Assembly (NCBI GenBank): GCA_965219415.1
Contig: CBDCNP010000002.1
Location: 3,552,001-3,616,000 of the forward strand
DNA: 64,000 nt
Reading direction: 5' to 3'
From: Candidatus Marinacidobacterales bacterium
Lineage (GTDB): Bacteria > Acidobacteriota > Vicinamibacteria > Marinacidobacterales > DATDRI01
Shown piece by piece: positions 1-10,542 of this stretch; the first letter of the stretch is position 1, and every line of letters begins with the position of its first letter. The translations under genes and the position numbers were made by a program. The notes under the pieces were generated by a model, which was given only the letters and a program-made list of their open reading frames with translations, was not told the DNA's origin and ran no database searches.

Positions 1-19
1 GGAAGCTGCCGAGCCAGAA

Positions 20-409
20 TTGATGGAAGAGCCCATGGCTGAAGAAAGTAGTGGCGAGAGCATGGGCGCTCCGCGCATTTTCTTTATCACACCCGAGGAC
101 GGCGCCACGGTGACGTCACCGGTGAGCTTCGAGTTCGGCCACGAGAACTTCACCATCGAGCCCAAGGGCGATATTCACGAAGGCGCAGGCCACCATCACA
201 TCAGCCTCAACACCGAGTGCCTTCCTGCAGGCGAGGCGATTCCAGAAGCGGACCCGTGGGTTCACTTCGGCGATGGCTCGGCGGTCATCGATATGCAACT
301 GCCGGCGGGTGAGCACATGCTCACGATCCAGGTCGGCGATGGCGAGCACGTTACCCTCGAAGAGCCCGGCCTCTGCCAAAGCATAACGATTACTGTGGAA
401 GAAGGTTAG
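20..409 (+). CDS. DUF4399-domain protein, probably 5'-incomplete at the window edge
   Basis: FFITPEDGATV...GAGHHH...HFGDG...LPAGEHMLTIQVGDGEH pattern; the reading frame is open back to the window start. Confidence 0.7.
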   Translation: MMEEPMAEESSGESMGAPRIFFITPEDGATVTSPVSFEFGHENFTIEPKGDIHEGAGHHHISLNTECLPAGEAIPEADPWVHFGDGSAVIDMQLPAGEHMLTIQVGDGEHVTLEEPGLCQSITITVEEG

Positions 410-431
410 AACCGCAATATTTGATGTTGGG

Positions 432-460
432 TGTCCCTCCGCCGACCCTGGCGGAGGGAC
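432..460 (+). terminator. GC-rich hairpin after the DUF4399 gene
   Basis: gtccctccgcc-loop-ggcggagggac, an 11-bp inverted repeat with no U-tract. Confidence 0.4.
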
Positions 461-475
461 GATCTCGTCCTGTGC

Positions 476-603
476 GGTGCTTCCGCCATCAAGTGTTGCT
501 ACGCCGCGTTTGAATGCTAGTGTCAGTTGGCTTGCCTGTGTCGGCGAACACCATACATAAGGATGTCGGGTGTACACGAACATCTCCCTGAACGTCAGGC
601 ACC
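476..603 (+). repeat. Family A end (GGTGCTTCCGCCATCAAGTGTTG), IS1-like TIR/MITE; an unoccupied copy of the IS1111 target
   Basis: Near-identical ends recur at 22401, 28437, 29251, 31004, 36906, 36976, 38091, 38935, 39342 and 40623, and reversed at 22703, 30941, 37177, 39701 and 42518. Confidence 0.85.
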
Positions 604-660
604 TGTGCCTTCTATTTATTCATCCGCGCGGCCCGAACTTGATTAATCTCTGGTCTGCCG
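604..660 (+). repeat. Family F end (TGTGCCTTCTATTTATTCATCCGC), left end of an rve-type IS
   Basis: Recurs at 23435 and 26156, and reversed at about 3753, 12324 and 42300; at 26156 it leads into an ELALESVALR transposase N-terminus. Confidence 0.75.
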
Positions 661-1847
661 GCGGTGCGTGACGCTTCGCAGCGGAGCACGGCGCAGCGCG
701 TCGGGAACGTCGAACAGCCCATCTGGTCAAAATACTCGAAGGCCCAGCGGGTCAGCAGTTTGCACCTGCGACCTGCCCTGCATCCTTAGTACTCATTCCA
801 GCCCAAACGCCCTCCGGAGGTCAGGTTTGTGTCTATATTCTCTGTTAATTCTCTGTTTTTCAGGGTTTCCAATCGAGACCGGATAGCTCCAAACTGCACC
901 ATCCGCCACCCAGTCTGGCCAATTGTGGCACTGCAGAGACGCGTGAGATTTTCCGCGCGGTTGGCGGGGTTTTGCAGGATCAGGTGTCACCAGAGACGCG
1001 CTAGAAGGGCCGAATGGGCCTCATTTTCGATATTCGTCTCTAATCGCGATTTTCGAGTGCCAAGTTTGCGCCAAATAAGGGAGTAGGCGCTGATCGAGCC
1101 ATGCGGGCGGCGGGAAAAGAGGCCACCCGAGAGGCCCAGAATCGAGGCCGGGGCGACCGCGGTGTAGCGGCCTAGCACGTTCTGGTCCAGGTGCGACCCG
1201 GGCCTCCTTGATGCTCGCTCTCGAATTGAGCCTCAAACAGGGTCCGCCAAGGCTTGAGCGAAGCTTCCTCCCGCAAAGCCGACGATGGCGTCGTCGGGTC
1301 GACCAGCACGAAGCAGCGAAGCATGGCAGGTCTAAACCGCGCAATCAATGCTGGATCGACTTTTTGCGGAGCACACGCGCCGGTCCTGACTTCGTTCGTG
1401 TTTTTGGACACGACGGGGCCGGAGGTATCTCACAGCGATTCATGACCCCGGTCATGGCGGCGACGGTCGGTCTGAACCGATGAAACTCGACGTGGACTGG
1501 TCCCAGGACCCGCCGGTTTCCGACCGGGACCAGAGGTATGATCTGGTTCGGGGACGCGACCGGGATCCGGGGCGCGATCGGGACGTTCATCGGCGCGGTC
1601 ATCGACGCGAGTTCGACGCACGACAGCCGCATCGGTCGCTCTCGGATCGGGTGGATGGTGTGGTGTACGATGTCGGGACGTTCCGGGTCGTACTATCTGA
1701 CCCTCGATGCCATGACCGGTCCGATGCTGGTGCGGGGGGAGTAGGACGGATTGCGAAGCAGCTACGACATGAGCGGGCAGGAGCGTCGATGACCTGGGTC
1801 TGGTCGTTACGGCGTCTGAGTCCGCGGAGCGCGCGGAGGTTCGCCGC

Positions 1848-3206
1848 ATGATCAGTCCAACGGAGTCGCTGGCGTTCTCGATGCATGCCAGTCCCGGCGT
1901 CTATGCGGTTCTGGCCGGATCGGGCGTATCGCGGGCCGCGAAGATCCCCACGGGCTGGGAGATTACGCTCGACTTGGTGCGGAAGCTCGCGGCACTCCGC
2001 AAGGAGACGTGCGATCCGGATCCGGAACGGTGGTACTGGAGCGCATTCAGCAAGGAGGCGGACTACTCGGACCTACTGGACGCGCTCTGCGGGACGGCGG
2101 CCGAACGGCAGCAGTTGTTGCGCGGCTACTTCGAGCTGAGCGCGGACGACCGTGAGGAGGGCACCAAGCAGCCGACCGCAACACACCGAGCCATCGCAGC
2201 GCTGGCTGCGAAGGGCTTCATTCGGGTCATTCTCACGACGAACTTCGACCGCCTGATCGAGACGGCGTTGGACGACGCTGGTGTGGCACCGGCAGTGCTG
2301 ACCACACCGGATCAGTTACAGGGCGCGTTGCCGCTGATTCACACGCGCTGCTGCGTCGTCAAGTTGCACGGTGACTACCTCGACACGCGGATCAGGAATA
2401 CCCAGGCAGAGCTCGATTCGTATCCCGCGGAGTTTAGTCGCCTGCTGGATCGCGTCTTCGACGAATTCGGCTTAGTTGTTTGCGGCTGGTCAGCGGCTTG
2501 GGGACGGAGCTCTGCGCAAGGCGTTGTACCGTGCGTCATCGCGGCGGTTCACGACGTACTGGGTGGCGCGTGGAGAAGTTACAGGCGAGGCCTGGAGCTT
2601 GATCGAGCACCGTGGGGCCAAGTTGATTCCGATCAAGGACGCTGACGATTTCTTCGGTGCCCTCCAGCAGCATGTCGAATCCCTCGAGGAGTTCGCACGG
2701 CCGCATCCACTGTCCACCGAAGCGGCTGTCGCAAGTCTGAAGGGCTACTTCGCCGAATCCCGGCATCGGATTCGGCTGTCCGATCTCCTCGACGATGCCG
2801 TCGAGCAGGTGGTCGAGACAACCTCCGACGATGCATTCACCGGTAATCCCTCAAGGGGGGATGACGACGCTGTCAACGCGCGGATGCGCGGCTTCGAAGC
2901 GGCTTGCTCGACGTTGCTTGCACTGGGAATAACGGCGATACCCGGTACACGTTGATCTTCGACAAACTTGAGATTCTCCTGACACTTGCCTACGTCCACG
3001 CCCACTCCGGGACAACTCCGCTACCGGACAGCGCGTTCTGGTACTTCCAGGAGAACGGAGGTCGCATTTTGAATGACATCGAGGAGTCGTTATCGTCAAG
3101 GTGCAACGAGTCACCTTTCGTCAGATCCCATATCTTCGGCGGCACCGCAGAGGAATGCCATCTTAGACTGAAGGACGTACGGAAAGTCATACCGAGTCAA
3201 GTGTGA
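1848..3206 (+). pseudogene. SIR2-like (SIR2_2) domain protein, frameshifted and probably internally deleted
   Basis: YAVLAGSGVS, ILTTNFDRLIE, VKLHGDY and VVCGWS motifs; extra G in GGGG at about 2500; second break at about 2940. Confidence 0.8.
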
Positions 3207-3304
3207 TCCCGTCGTGTCCAAAAACACGAACAAACTCACGACCTCGGGCCTTTGGGAAGGTGCAAACTGCTGACCCGCTGGGCGTTCGAGTATTTGGACC
3301 AGAC

Positions 3305-3453
3305 GGCCTCGCCGTTGCGCAGAACAACCTCGGGATTATGTAAGCCCTAGGGAAGGGCGTCCTTAAGGATTCCGTACTCGCGCGCATGTGGCTCAACATC
3401 GCCGGTGCCAACGGGGACGAAACCGCCAGAGAAACGCGGGACAAGCTGGAAGG
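3305..3453 (+). pseudogene. Sel1-repeat protein fragment
   Basis: Translates as GLAVAQNNLGIM*ALGKGVLKDSVLARMWLNIAGANGDETARETRDKLE, resembling the last repeat of the 33393-34679 protein. Confidence 0.7.
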
Positions 3454-3602
3454 TGAACCGCCCCGGGTTTTCCGGAGACTGTTTTAGTTGAGTCTCGCCA
3501 TCTCTAGCGAGCCTTCCTGCGACCGATAGTGGTTCATCTCGTACTCGACGGGGGAGACATTTCCGATCGGCTCCAAGAGTCGTTGCGTGTTGTACCAATG
3601 GA
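3454..3602 (-). mobile_element. IS3-family right-end fragment (IS51/IS6110-like terminus)
   Basis: TGAACCGCCCCGGG terminus and OrfB C-terminus VHWYNTQRLLEPIGNVSPVEYE. Confidence 0.75.
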
Positions 3603-3603
3603 C

Positions 3604-3776
3604 CCCGTCCTGTGCCAAAACTCGGCCCTTTTGAAATAGACCACAAATCAGCAGCTTAGACGCCCTTGGAATCCGCGCAGAATCCAGGGTATTTCGCGCC
3701 GCAGAGCTGACTTCCGACCCATGGGGCTGGCGGATGAATAAATAGAAGGCACAGCCGAGTTTTGGCACAGGACGGG
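3604..3776. mobile_element. Family B MITE with perfect 23-bp TIR CCCGTCCTGTGCCAAAACTCGGC
   Basis: Both TIRs are visible; single ends recur at about 5065, 12177, 15648, 28391, 30942, 37051 and 38017. Confidence 0.8.
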
Positions 3777-3813
3777 TTAGGTGAATCCATCAATGTCGCC
3801 GAAGGATCCGTCC

Positions 3814-4064
3814 CCGTCGTGTCCAAAAATACAAACGAACTCTAAGACCCACGCGCCGGGCCGTCGCCGAGTTCATCTATCATTATTATGGAGAGCTCAA
3901 CATTCTGGAGAGCTCAACCATCAAGGGCTTGGCGACGCGTTTCTGTTTTTGGACACAACGCCGAGGATTCTAGCTCCCATCGCCCAACCAAGCGTATACA
4001 CGTCTATTCCGAAACGTCCCGGCGTGCCGATCTTGAGTCCGTTTGTATTTTTGGACACGACGGG
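3814..4064. repeat. Family D ends/MITE (CCGTCGTGTCCAAAAA..)
   Basis: Forward end at 3814, reversed ends at about 3960 and 4064; others at 1417, 3208, 15452, 39126, 39404 and 39618. Confidence 0.75.
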
Positions 4065-4096
4065 CTGCGCCATGACTTAACCTAGTGATCACGGCC

Positions 4097-5000
4097 CTAT
4101 CCGCCACCTGGAACGACGAAGGCCTCGCTTGCGGCACCCATGGTCGCCACAACAGGCTCCTTGCTGCCCACATCATCAACCTCTGGTCGTGCGAACTGCA
4201 CATCTAGGACGCGAACACGATCGCCTACTCCGAATCCTGGCGCTTCGACCTTTGTGCGTAAGAGAAGTGGCTCGCCTGCTGGCACTGACTTGGAGACCTC
4301 AACATGCGCATCCCAACTCCTAGGGCCGTGTCGCGACTCCACAACAACTTGCGCGTCTCCAAAAACGTCGTGTTCGTCGGCCTCTGCTACTAGCAATCTC
4401 TGGGTCGACGGTCGCCAATACGCCTCGCACAGGTGACGCACACTGCAGTACCGGCACTTCTCAGGGCCAGGTCGAGCTTCAGGCGGCGTTACGCTCGCCG
4501 ATGCCCTCGCCGCGCGACCTCGCGTTGCGAGTTCGCGGGCTAACGATTCAAGTTCTGGTTTCTCCGGAACACTTACTGACACGTCCTTATTCCCATATGT
4601 CAGGACGAGCTTTGTAGCGCGCCGCCTAGTTGGGTTTCGCTCAGGGTCACGCCACCACAACAGGGCGTAGACGCGGAGTTGAAACGCATGGTCATCACTC
4701 GGCTGGCCTGTCTTGAAATCACGTATCTCGCAATGCTCCTCACTAAGGCTGATCAGATCCGCGATTCCGAACCATCCGAGTTCTGGATCTCGCAGAGTGA
4801 CTTCTGCGTACGACCCGGTCTCGAGTGGCCGGCGTGTCGATATCTCCGGACGCGAACGAGAATCAGCCACTGTTTCCTTGGGCTGGAGTTGTAACCTCGA
4901 CAGTTGGCTCTGGACCCGAGTTCTGATCTCCGGAATGGAAGCCTCAAGGCGGCCTCGGGCCGCTTCCAGGACATTTGCAGCCCGAGGATTGCTCTCAAAG
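4097..5000 (-). pseudogene. PD-(D/E)XK (RecB/Cas4-like) nuclease, N-terminus removed at an IS6 end
   Basis: GIADL...IRDFKTG...QLRVYA motifs and a CRYCSVRHLC cysteine cluster; the IS6 TIR GGTACTGTCAAGTTG starts at 5001. Confidence 0.75.
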
Positions 5001-5177
5001 GGTACTGTCAAGTTGACGAAAAGCTAGCTGACCGACCCCGTCCTGTCCGAAAACGCGAACGGACCCCGTCCTGTGTCAAAACTCGGCCTTTTTGAAATAG
5101 ACCATAAATCAGCAGCTTAGTTGTGATCCGCAAAAAAGAAGATCGCGTACCGCTGGATCGACTTTTTGCGGAGCACA
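5001..5177. repeat. Stack of termini: IS6 end, D end, B end and a 56-bp family E MITE (TGTGATCCGCAAAA...TTTTTGCGGAGCACA, 5122-5177)
   Basis: Direct match to repeats elsewhere; the E MITE also occurs at 37303-37397 and 42186-42241. Confidence 0.8.
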
Positions 5178-5342
5178 GCCATTTCTGCCCCAGCCGTCGC
5201 GGCGGCGGCACAGGCGAAGGGCTCGATCGTTCTTATTGACGGTCCTCGCTTGGCCACATTGATGGTAGAGCACGGCGTGGGTGTCAGCATCAAAACACTC
5301 GAGGTGCCACAGATCGACAGCGACTACTTTGAAAACGACTAG
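5178..5342 (+). pseudogene. mrr: Mrr restriction endonuclease C-terminal fragment
   Basis: Hand translation SIVLIDGPRLATLMVEHGVGVSIKTLEVPQIDSDYFEND* matches the typical Mrr C-terminus; absent from the ORF track. Confidence 0.75.
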
Positions 5343-8300
5343 CCTGAACTACGGGTTTGAAGACCGGCAGGCGTCAGATCGATTCGCAGGAGGGGCTCGA
5401 AGCGCTCGATCTCGTCAGGGCCGAGTGTCTCAAGCAAATAAGCGAGGAGGTCGTCTTGCCGAGGCTGGCCGAATACCATTCGATAGACGACGAGCGAGCG
5501 GCGCAGGTCCTCCAGCTGAACGCGATCGCGCGACAAAGGAAGTGCTGGCACGTGGCGCTCCACTCTCGCTCCCCCTTCCGGTGAAAACACCCAGAACGGA
5601 ACAAGACCATGGTCGCCTTCGCCAAGCTCCTCATTAGCCAGCTCGAAGGTGCGCTGCCAAGGATCCGAATCTCCGTCCATGGCCGCCATCGCTGCTCGCC
5701 CGAACTCCCGCGCCACGTTCTTTCGGATGGCGTGGCCCTTGTAACGGTGGACACGCCCCTCCCGCTGCTCGAGGTCAACAGGATTCGACGGTAAGTTCCA
5801 GTGAACGACGGCGTGGCAATAGGAGTGGAAGTCTAGGCCTTCCTGGCCCACCGATGTGGTCGCCAACACGAAGGGCCAGAAGGGTGAGTTAAAGGCTGCG
5901 CGGACCTGGTCCGCGCGTTGTGCCGCCTCTTCGGCCTCCCTCTTGTCGCTACCGAAGCGCATGGCGAAGTGGGCACGAAGTGAACGGTTCTCGATACTTA
6001 CTTCGCCGCGCGCTCGGTTCGCACGGATTTCGTCAACGTCGAGCCGAGAGGTACGAAGTGCGAGTGTGTTCCGCATGGCTTCTGCCAAGTCTTGCGTCGT
6101 TTCCTCAGAAGGCTCTCCAAACAAACCGAGCGAATCTCGCAACACGTGGGCGTACTCATCTAGCACAGCGCCGAACCCACCATTCGCGGCGTGCCGTACC
6201 ACGAGCCGCCAGTACGGCCAGGACGCTTCTCGAGTACCCTCCTCGACGCCTCCCCGGATTAACGCCGTTGCCTCAGGCTGGCTGAAGAGGGTTCGGGAGC
6301 TCCATGCTACCCGCGCCGCCCCATCACGGACCGCCGAGGAGGCCAAGCGCTCTCCTCCTCCGGCTACTCGGGCCAACGCACGCAAGGCAGTCGTACCTGG
6401 GCCGGCCAAGGCGACCTCTGCCAACACCTCGTGCAGGTCTGCCGGCGGTCGACCGAGCTGAAGCTCGTCGCGAACCACCTTACGCGCTTCGCCAACGTGG
6501 TCCTCCCAGCGCGACTCACTGTCTGTATCTTCGTCCTTTTGGTCCCCAGCCCAGAGGCTCGGCAGGTTGGTTCGCGCGAACCACGTCTCGGCGGCCTCGC
6601 GGTTGGCGCTCAGATCCAAGAGGATCGGCGCCGCCCAGTACCATTTCCCGTCTTCCGGCCCGGTCGTCGGGCTGGCGCGTGTCAAGGGCACCACGGCATC
6701 CTTGATTGTGTCTCCTATACGTTCGAGTACGGCCGCAAGTGTCAGAAGCGGGGCCGCCGAGTCGGCGCCGATATGCGCGAGCGGATCACCGAGTAAGGCA
6801 AGAGTGAAGCTGGGGTACAGGATGCCGAGCACAGGCATTCCTGTGAGCCGCTCGTTGGTACGCGCAAAACGCAATAGCGGTCGGCGCCGTCGGCGGGCCT
6901 CGATTGTGTTCTCGGGTTTGTTCTCGAAGCGCGTAAAGATCCGGCTCTCTACCTCGTAGCTGACAAGCGTCGCGAGCGCTTGCGGAACAACGGTCCAGGC
7001 TGAGAAAACGAGCCGCTTAGTCAGGCCGGTGTCTGCGGCACGTTTGTAGTCAGCGCCGAGCTGATAGCTCGGAAGTGATGGCGGCATCCAGAGGAGCCGC
7101 CAAGCACCAGAATTATCGAGCTCACGTACCAGGTTGCGCACACGCGCATTGCCTGGTTCCACACGTTCGTACGCCTCGATTCGATTCCACGGCAGGAGAA
7201 GTTCGTTCGCCTTTTCGAGCAACTGGGCGAGGTTGGTTCTGTTTTCGTGTGACTCAGCTTGCTCGCGAAATTTCTCCTTTAGTTTGTACTGATGCATGAA
7301 GTTCAGAAGAAAAGGGGCCGATTTCCAATACTCGACGACCTGCGGCTGACCGAGCGCCGACGCCACCCGCTGCAGCTGTGTAAAAGCGTGCACGTCCTCA
7401 GCTTTCAAGGTGACACCCTGTGCGAACACTTCCTTCAGCATGTCTCCGCGAGTGCCATCCTCACCTGGCTCGACGATTCTCTCGGTTCGCGACATCACGC
7501 GGCGAAGGGAGTCTTCGATCTCGTCTCGCAGGGCCGAGATCTCGTACTCCCCGCCCTCACCCAAGCGGTAGAGCTCTCGGCGAAAGTGTTTGAGCTGAAG
7601 CGCGAAGCGCGTTGTGCTCTCGGAAGACTGCTGCAAGAACTCGACCGTACAGAGGAAATCGGCGTGGTGATCGTCCTCATCTCGCTCGTGTCGAAGCGTG
7701 TACATCTTGTAAGGAGTGGCAGAGAGAAGGAGCATACGCACCTGACTGACATCATCGGCGTAGTTGAAGAGCTCACGCGCAAGCCGCCCCGCGTCGCTCT
7801 CTCCGGAGAGCAGATGCTTGAAGCGCTGGAATTCATCGAGAATGATGAGATCCGGCTCTAGAGCCTCGAGGCAGACGGCCGCGAGCAGTGCGCGAAGCTC
7901 ACCGATCAAGTGCGCACGCATCTTGCGATCTTCGCGAGGCCGCTTGCTCTTGCGAGCGTAGGAGAAGCGATCGCACAGCTCCTCGTACCGCGCACGGAGG
8001 CCCGGCCGTCCATCCCGAGTACCGCGGCACGCATCGCCGAGGGCCTTCGAGAACGCGACTTGGATTTCTTGATCGATCGAGCTTTGATCGAACGCACGAA
8101 TTCGCTTCCGAAACCCACCGGCGTTGCCAACATTTCCCTGAAAAAGGTTCAGTGCTCCGGCGCCGTGGTTTCCCCAGACCTCGCGAATCATCCAGTAAAG
8201 GAGGATGCGTTCCTCGCTGCGGCCAAGGCTCGACTTCAGGTCGAATGAGGTCCCTGGCGTGAAAGAGACGAAGTTTAGTGGACTGTTTCGAAGGTCGTGC

Positions 8301-8644
8301 AGAATAGTCGGCAGCAGCGTGATCCGCGTCGCGAGCTCAAAACGTCGGTCCCTCGTCAGATTCAAGCGATTGATGTTTTGTCGAGCGATCTCCGCGTTCG
8401 AGCAGATGTAGAGAACGTCGATACGCTCGATGCCTTCTTTGCGGAGATGCTCCACCGCCTTGGCGATCACGCCGCGGGCCACGAGTGTCTTCCCAAGGCC
8501 CACTTCGTCCGCCACAAGGAAGCGACGACTCGAATCTTTAGCAAGGTAGAGGCGCTCAAAGGCGAACTCTACTGTATCGCGTTGAAAGCCCTTGAGCTGA
8601 GACAGGATCTCCTCGGTATCGGGCCACTTGAACGTAGCGGTCAC
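5339..8644 (-). CDS. SF2 (SNF2-like) helicase, ZacC-like component of an Azaca-like defence operon
   Basis: ADEVGLGKT, ILDEFQ, LLSATP, TSVGQEGLDF and EQREGRVHR motifs; ATGA overlap with the upstream PLD gene. Confidence 0.8.
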   Translation of the reverse strand: MTATFKWPDTEEILSQLKGFQRDTVEFAFERLYLAKDSSRRFLVADEVGLGKTLVARGVIAKAVEHLRKEGIERIDVLYICSNAEIARQNINRLNLTRDRRFELATRITLLPTILHDLRNSPLNFVSFTPGTSFDLKSSLGRSEERILLYWMIREVWGNHGAGALNLFQGNVGNAGGFRKRIRAFDQSSIDQEIQVAFSKALGDACRGTRDGRPGLRARYEELCDRFSYARKSKRPREDRKMRAHLIGELRALLAAVCLEALEPDLIILDEFQRFKHLLSGESDAGRLARELFNYADDVSQVRMLLLSATPYKMYTLRHERDEDDHHADFLCTVEFLQQSSESTTRFALQLKHFRRELYRLGEGGEYEISALRDEIEDSLRRVMSRTERIVEPGEDGTRGDMLKEVFAQGVTLKAEDVHAFTQLQRVASALGQPQVVEYWKSAPFLLNFMHQYKLKEKFREQAESHENRTNLAQLLEKANELLLPWNRIEAYERVEPGNARVRNLVRELDNSGAWRLLWMPPSLPSYQLGADYKRAADTGLTKRLVFSAWTVVPQALATLVSYEVESRIFTRFENKPENTIEARRRRRPLLRFARTNERLTGMPVLGILYPSFTLALLGDPLAHIGADSAAPLLTLAAVLERIGDTIKDAVVPLTRASPTTGPEDGKWYWAAPILLDLSANREAAETWFARTNLPSLWAGDQKDEDTDSESRWEDHVGEARKVVRDELQLGRPPADLHEVLAEVALAGPGTTALRALARVAGGGERLASSAVRDGAARVAWSSRTLFSQPEATALIRGGVEEGTREASWPYWRLVVRHAANGGFGAVLDEYAHVLRDSLGLFGEPSEETTQDLAEAMRNTLALRTSRLDVDEIRANRARGEVSIENRSLRAHFAMRFGSDKREAEEAAQRADQVRAAFNSPFWPFVLATTSVGQEGLDFHSYCHAVVHWNLPSNPVDLEQREGRVHRYKGHAIRKNVAREFGRAAMAAMDGDSDPWQRTFELANEELGEGDHGLVPFWVFSPEGGARVERHVPALPLSRDRVQLEDLRRSLVVYRMVFGQPRQDDLLAYLLETLGPDEIERFEPLLRIDLTPAGLQTRSSG

Positions 8645-10542
8645 TCTTTACCCCCGCCATCGCTCGCTGATTCCCGCGTCTGCTCCTCGCGCACGGCCCA
8701 AATGGGATCCCAGATGGCGTTGAGACCATCGGGCAAAAGATCTTGTCCTTCTGGTGTCCGCCGAAGATCTGCGATTAGCCGCGCCACTTCGTCCAGCCGT
8801 TCCGGATCGCGGCCCAGCGCCTTGAGGAGCGACTCGAGTAGTGGGAAACCAGAGTCACCGAAACCTCGTTGACCTGGACGGTTTCTACTCCCCCCCGCGG
8901 CAGCGACAAAGTCAGAGGCCGAGAGTTCGCCTTCCGAAAGCAGAATCCACAGGAGCCGCATAACTTGGTCGCGATTTTGCAAGAGCGCCCGCAACAAACC
9001 CTCCCGGCGGTCTTCGGGTGCTCCCTCGAGTGGAAGATTGAGTGCGAAGCGAACCTGCGCATCTTGATTCTTGTACGAGGTGTTTATTTCGAATGCAAAG
9101 AAGCTCGTCAACGCCGCGAACGAGAGCATCTCGAAGCGTGCGACGGCCCGGCTTTTCGACCGTGCTTCGAGAGCCACCGACGCTTCAAAACGAAGCGACG
9201 TCGGCCAGACACGCACACTACAACCCGCCGGGACAATAGCACCGGAAGAGCGCCGAACCAGATCGATGCTGTACGTGCGGTCGTCCGCATTCGGCAAAAC
9301 CTTCGCCGTGAGCTTTGCTGCAGCGATCTGTGAGCGTGCCACGTTCAGCCGTCTTTCCAATTCAGCTTTCGCTTCGTCGGTGGAAGGGGGCACGTCCCCG
9401 CTCGGCGTGAAAGGTTGAAGGAGATCGCGCAATGTTGGAGCATTGTGTACACCTCCTTCTCCCAGCAGCACATCGATGCCGACACGGGTCTTCTTTCCTA
9501 CGAGCTCGACCAGGAATTCGACGTTGCGCTGAAAAGCCGCAACGGTCGCGTTGGCGGATCCTGTCCACACACAAGCATTCCAACCATCGTCGATGACGAA
9601 GAGCTTGGCGTGGAGACCAGAAATGGTTGCTTCGTTACCCTCGGAGGCGAGATCGACTTCCGTTCCCTCGGCATCGGCATTTGCCTCTTCGGCAAGGGTG
9701 TAGACCTCGAGATCATGCAACGTCTCACGAGGAAGTCTTTCGAGCTCTTCTGGCCGGGACACGAGTACGACTCGCTTTCGCCTAGCCGCAATGCGATCAA
9801 TCGTGCTCGAGGTCACAAAAGGTGAAACGATCACGCAAGGCCGTCGGTTCTTGGGGAATGGCCAGAGCGCGCGCGGATGCATCCCGAGCGGGTGAAACGC
9901 CACTTCTTCAAAACCTTCGGGCAACTCGAATTCCACACGCCGCACCTCGTCCTGCATTTGCTCGATCCCAGAGGCAACCTCCGCAGGCAGCGGATGAAGC
10001 GTCATCTTCGGGAGCGCGGAAAAAAACTCGCCCAGCGGGCGATTGACGCCGAAAGCATTGCGGCGTTTAGTGAGATGGCCGTCCAGGACCAAGGCCGTAT
10101 CCCATGAGCGGTCGAACGTGAGGTTGCGCGATAGGCAGAGCAGCCGGTACCGAACGGGCTCCCCGTCGTCGGTGGCGACGTAGCGTAGCAGCCAGACCTT
10201 CGGATGGAAGACACCACCCTTGTGCGGTGCCTCGACTTCGAAGACTGAATCCTCAAGGTACGCGAGCAGCGTCTGCCCCGGAGCCGGAACCTTCACCCGT
10301 CCAGCCTGACAGAAAAGATGGATGCGCTGCGCATGGCGGCGGACTGCCTCGAGCAGTGCCAAGGGGTCTGCCATCGGTCGCCCTTTCTCATCCTCCCAAT
10401 CAAAGAAAGTAAACGCCAAAGGTGCGGTCAGGAGAGCCAAGAGATCGAGGGTGTACGAAGTGCCCACCGCCCGGTCGAGCCGATACCCTCCGGATGGCCG
10501 AAGCCCGTCGAGCAGGAGACGGCGACTACTCGGTTGTAGCAT
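8641..10542 (-). CDS. Phospholipase D-family nuclease, ZacB-like
   Basis: Two HxK motifs (FHPKVW..SRNLT; LHAKLF..GSANAT); likely start MLQP at 10542. Confidence 0.8.
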   Translation of the reverse strand: MLQPSSRRLLLDGLRPSGGYRLDRAVGTSYTLDLLALLTAPLAFTFFDWEDEKGRPMADPLALLEAVRRHAQRIHLFCQAGRVKVPAPGQTLLAYLEDSVFEVEAPHKGGVFHPKVWLLRYVATDDGEPVRYRLLCLSRNLTFDRSWDTALVLDGHLTKRRNAFGVNRPLGEFFSALPKMTLHPLPAEVASGIEQMQDEVRRVEFELPEGFEEVAFHPLGMHPRALWPFPKNRRPCVIVSPFVTSSTIDRIAARRKRVVLVSRPEELERLPRETLHDLEVYTLAEEANADAEGTEVDLASEGNEATISGLHAKLFVIDDGWNACVWTGSANATVAAFQRNVEFLVELVGKKTRVGIDVLLGEGGVHNAPTLRDLLQPFTPSGDVPPSTDEAKAELERRLNVARSQIAAAKLTAKVLPNADDRTYSIDLVRRSSGAIVPAGCSVRVWPTSLRFEASVALEARSKSRAVARFEMLSFAALTSFFAFEINTSYKNQDAQVRFALNLPLEGAPEDRREGLLRALLQNRDQVMRLLWILLSEGELSASDFVAAAGGSRNRPGQRGFGDSGFPLLESLLKALGRDPERLDEVARLIADLRRTPEGQDLLPDGLNAIWDPIWAVREEQTRESASDGGGKE

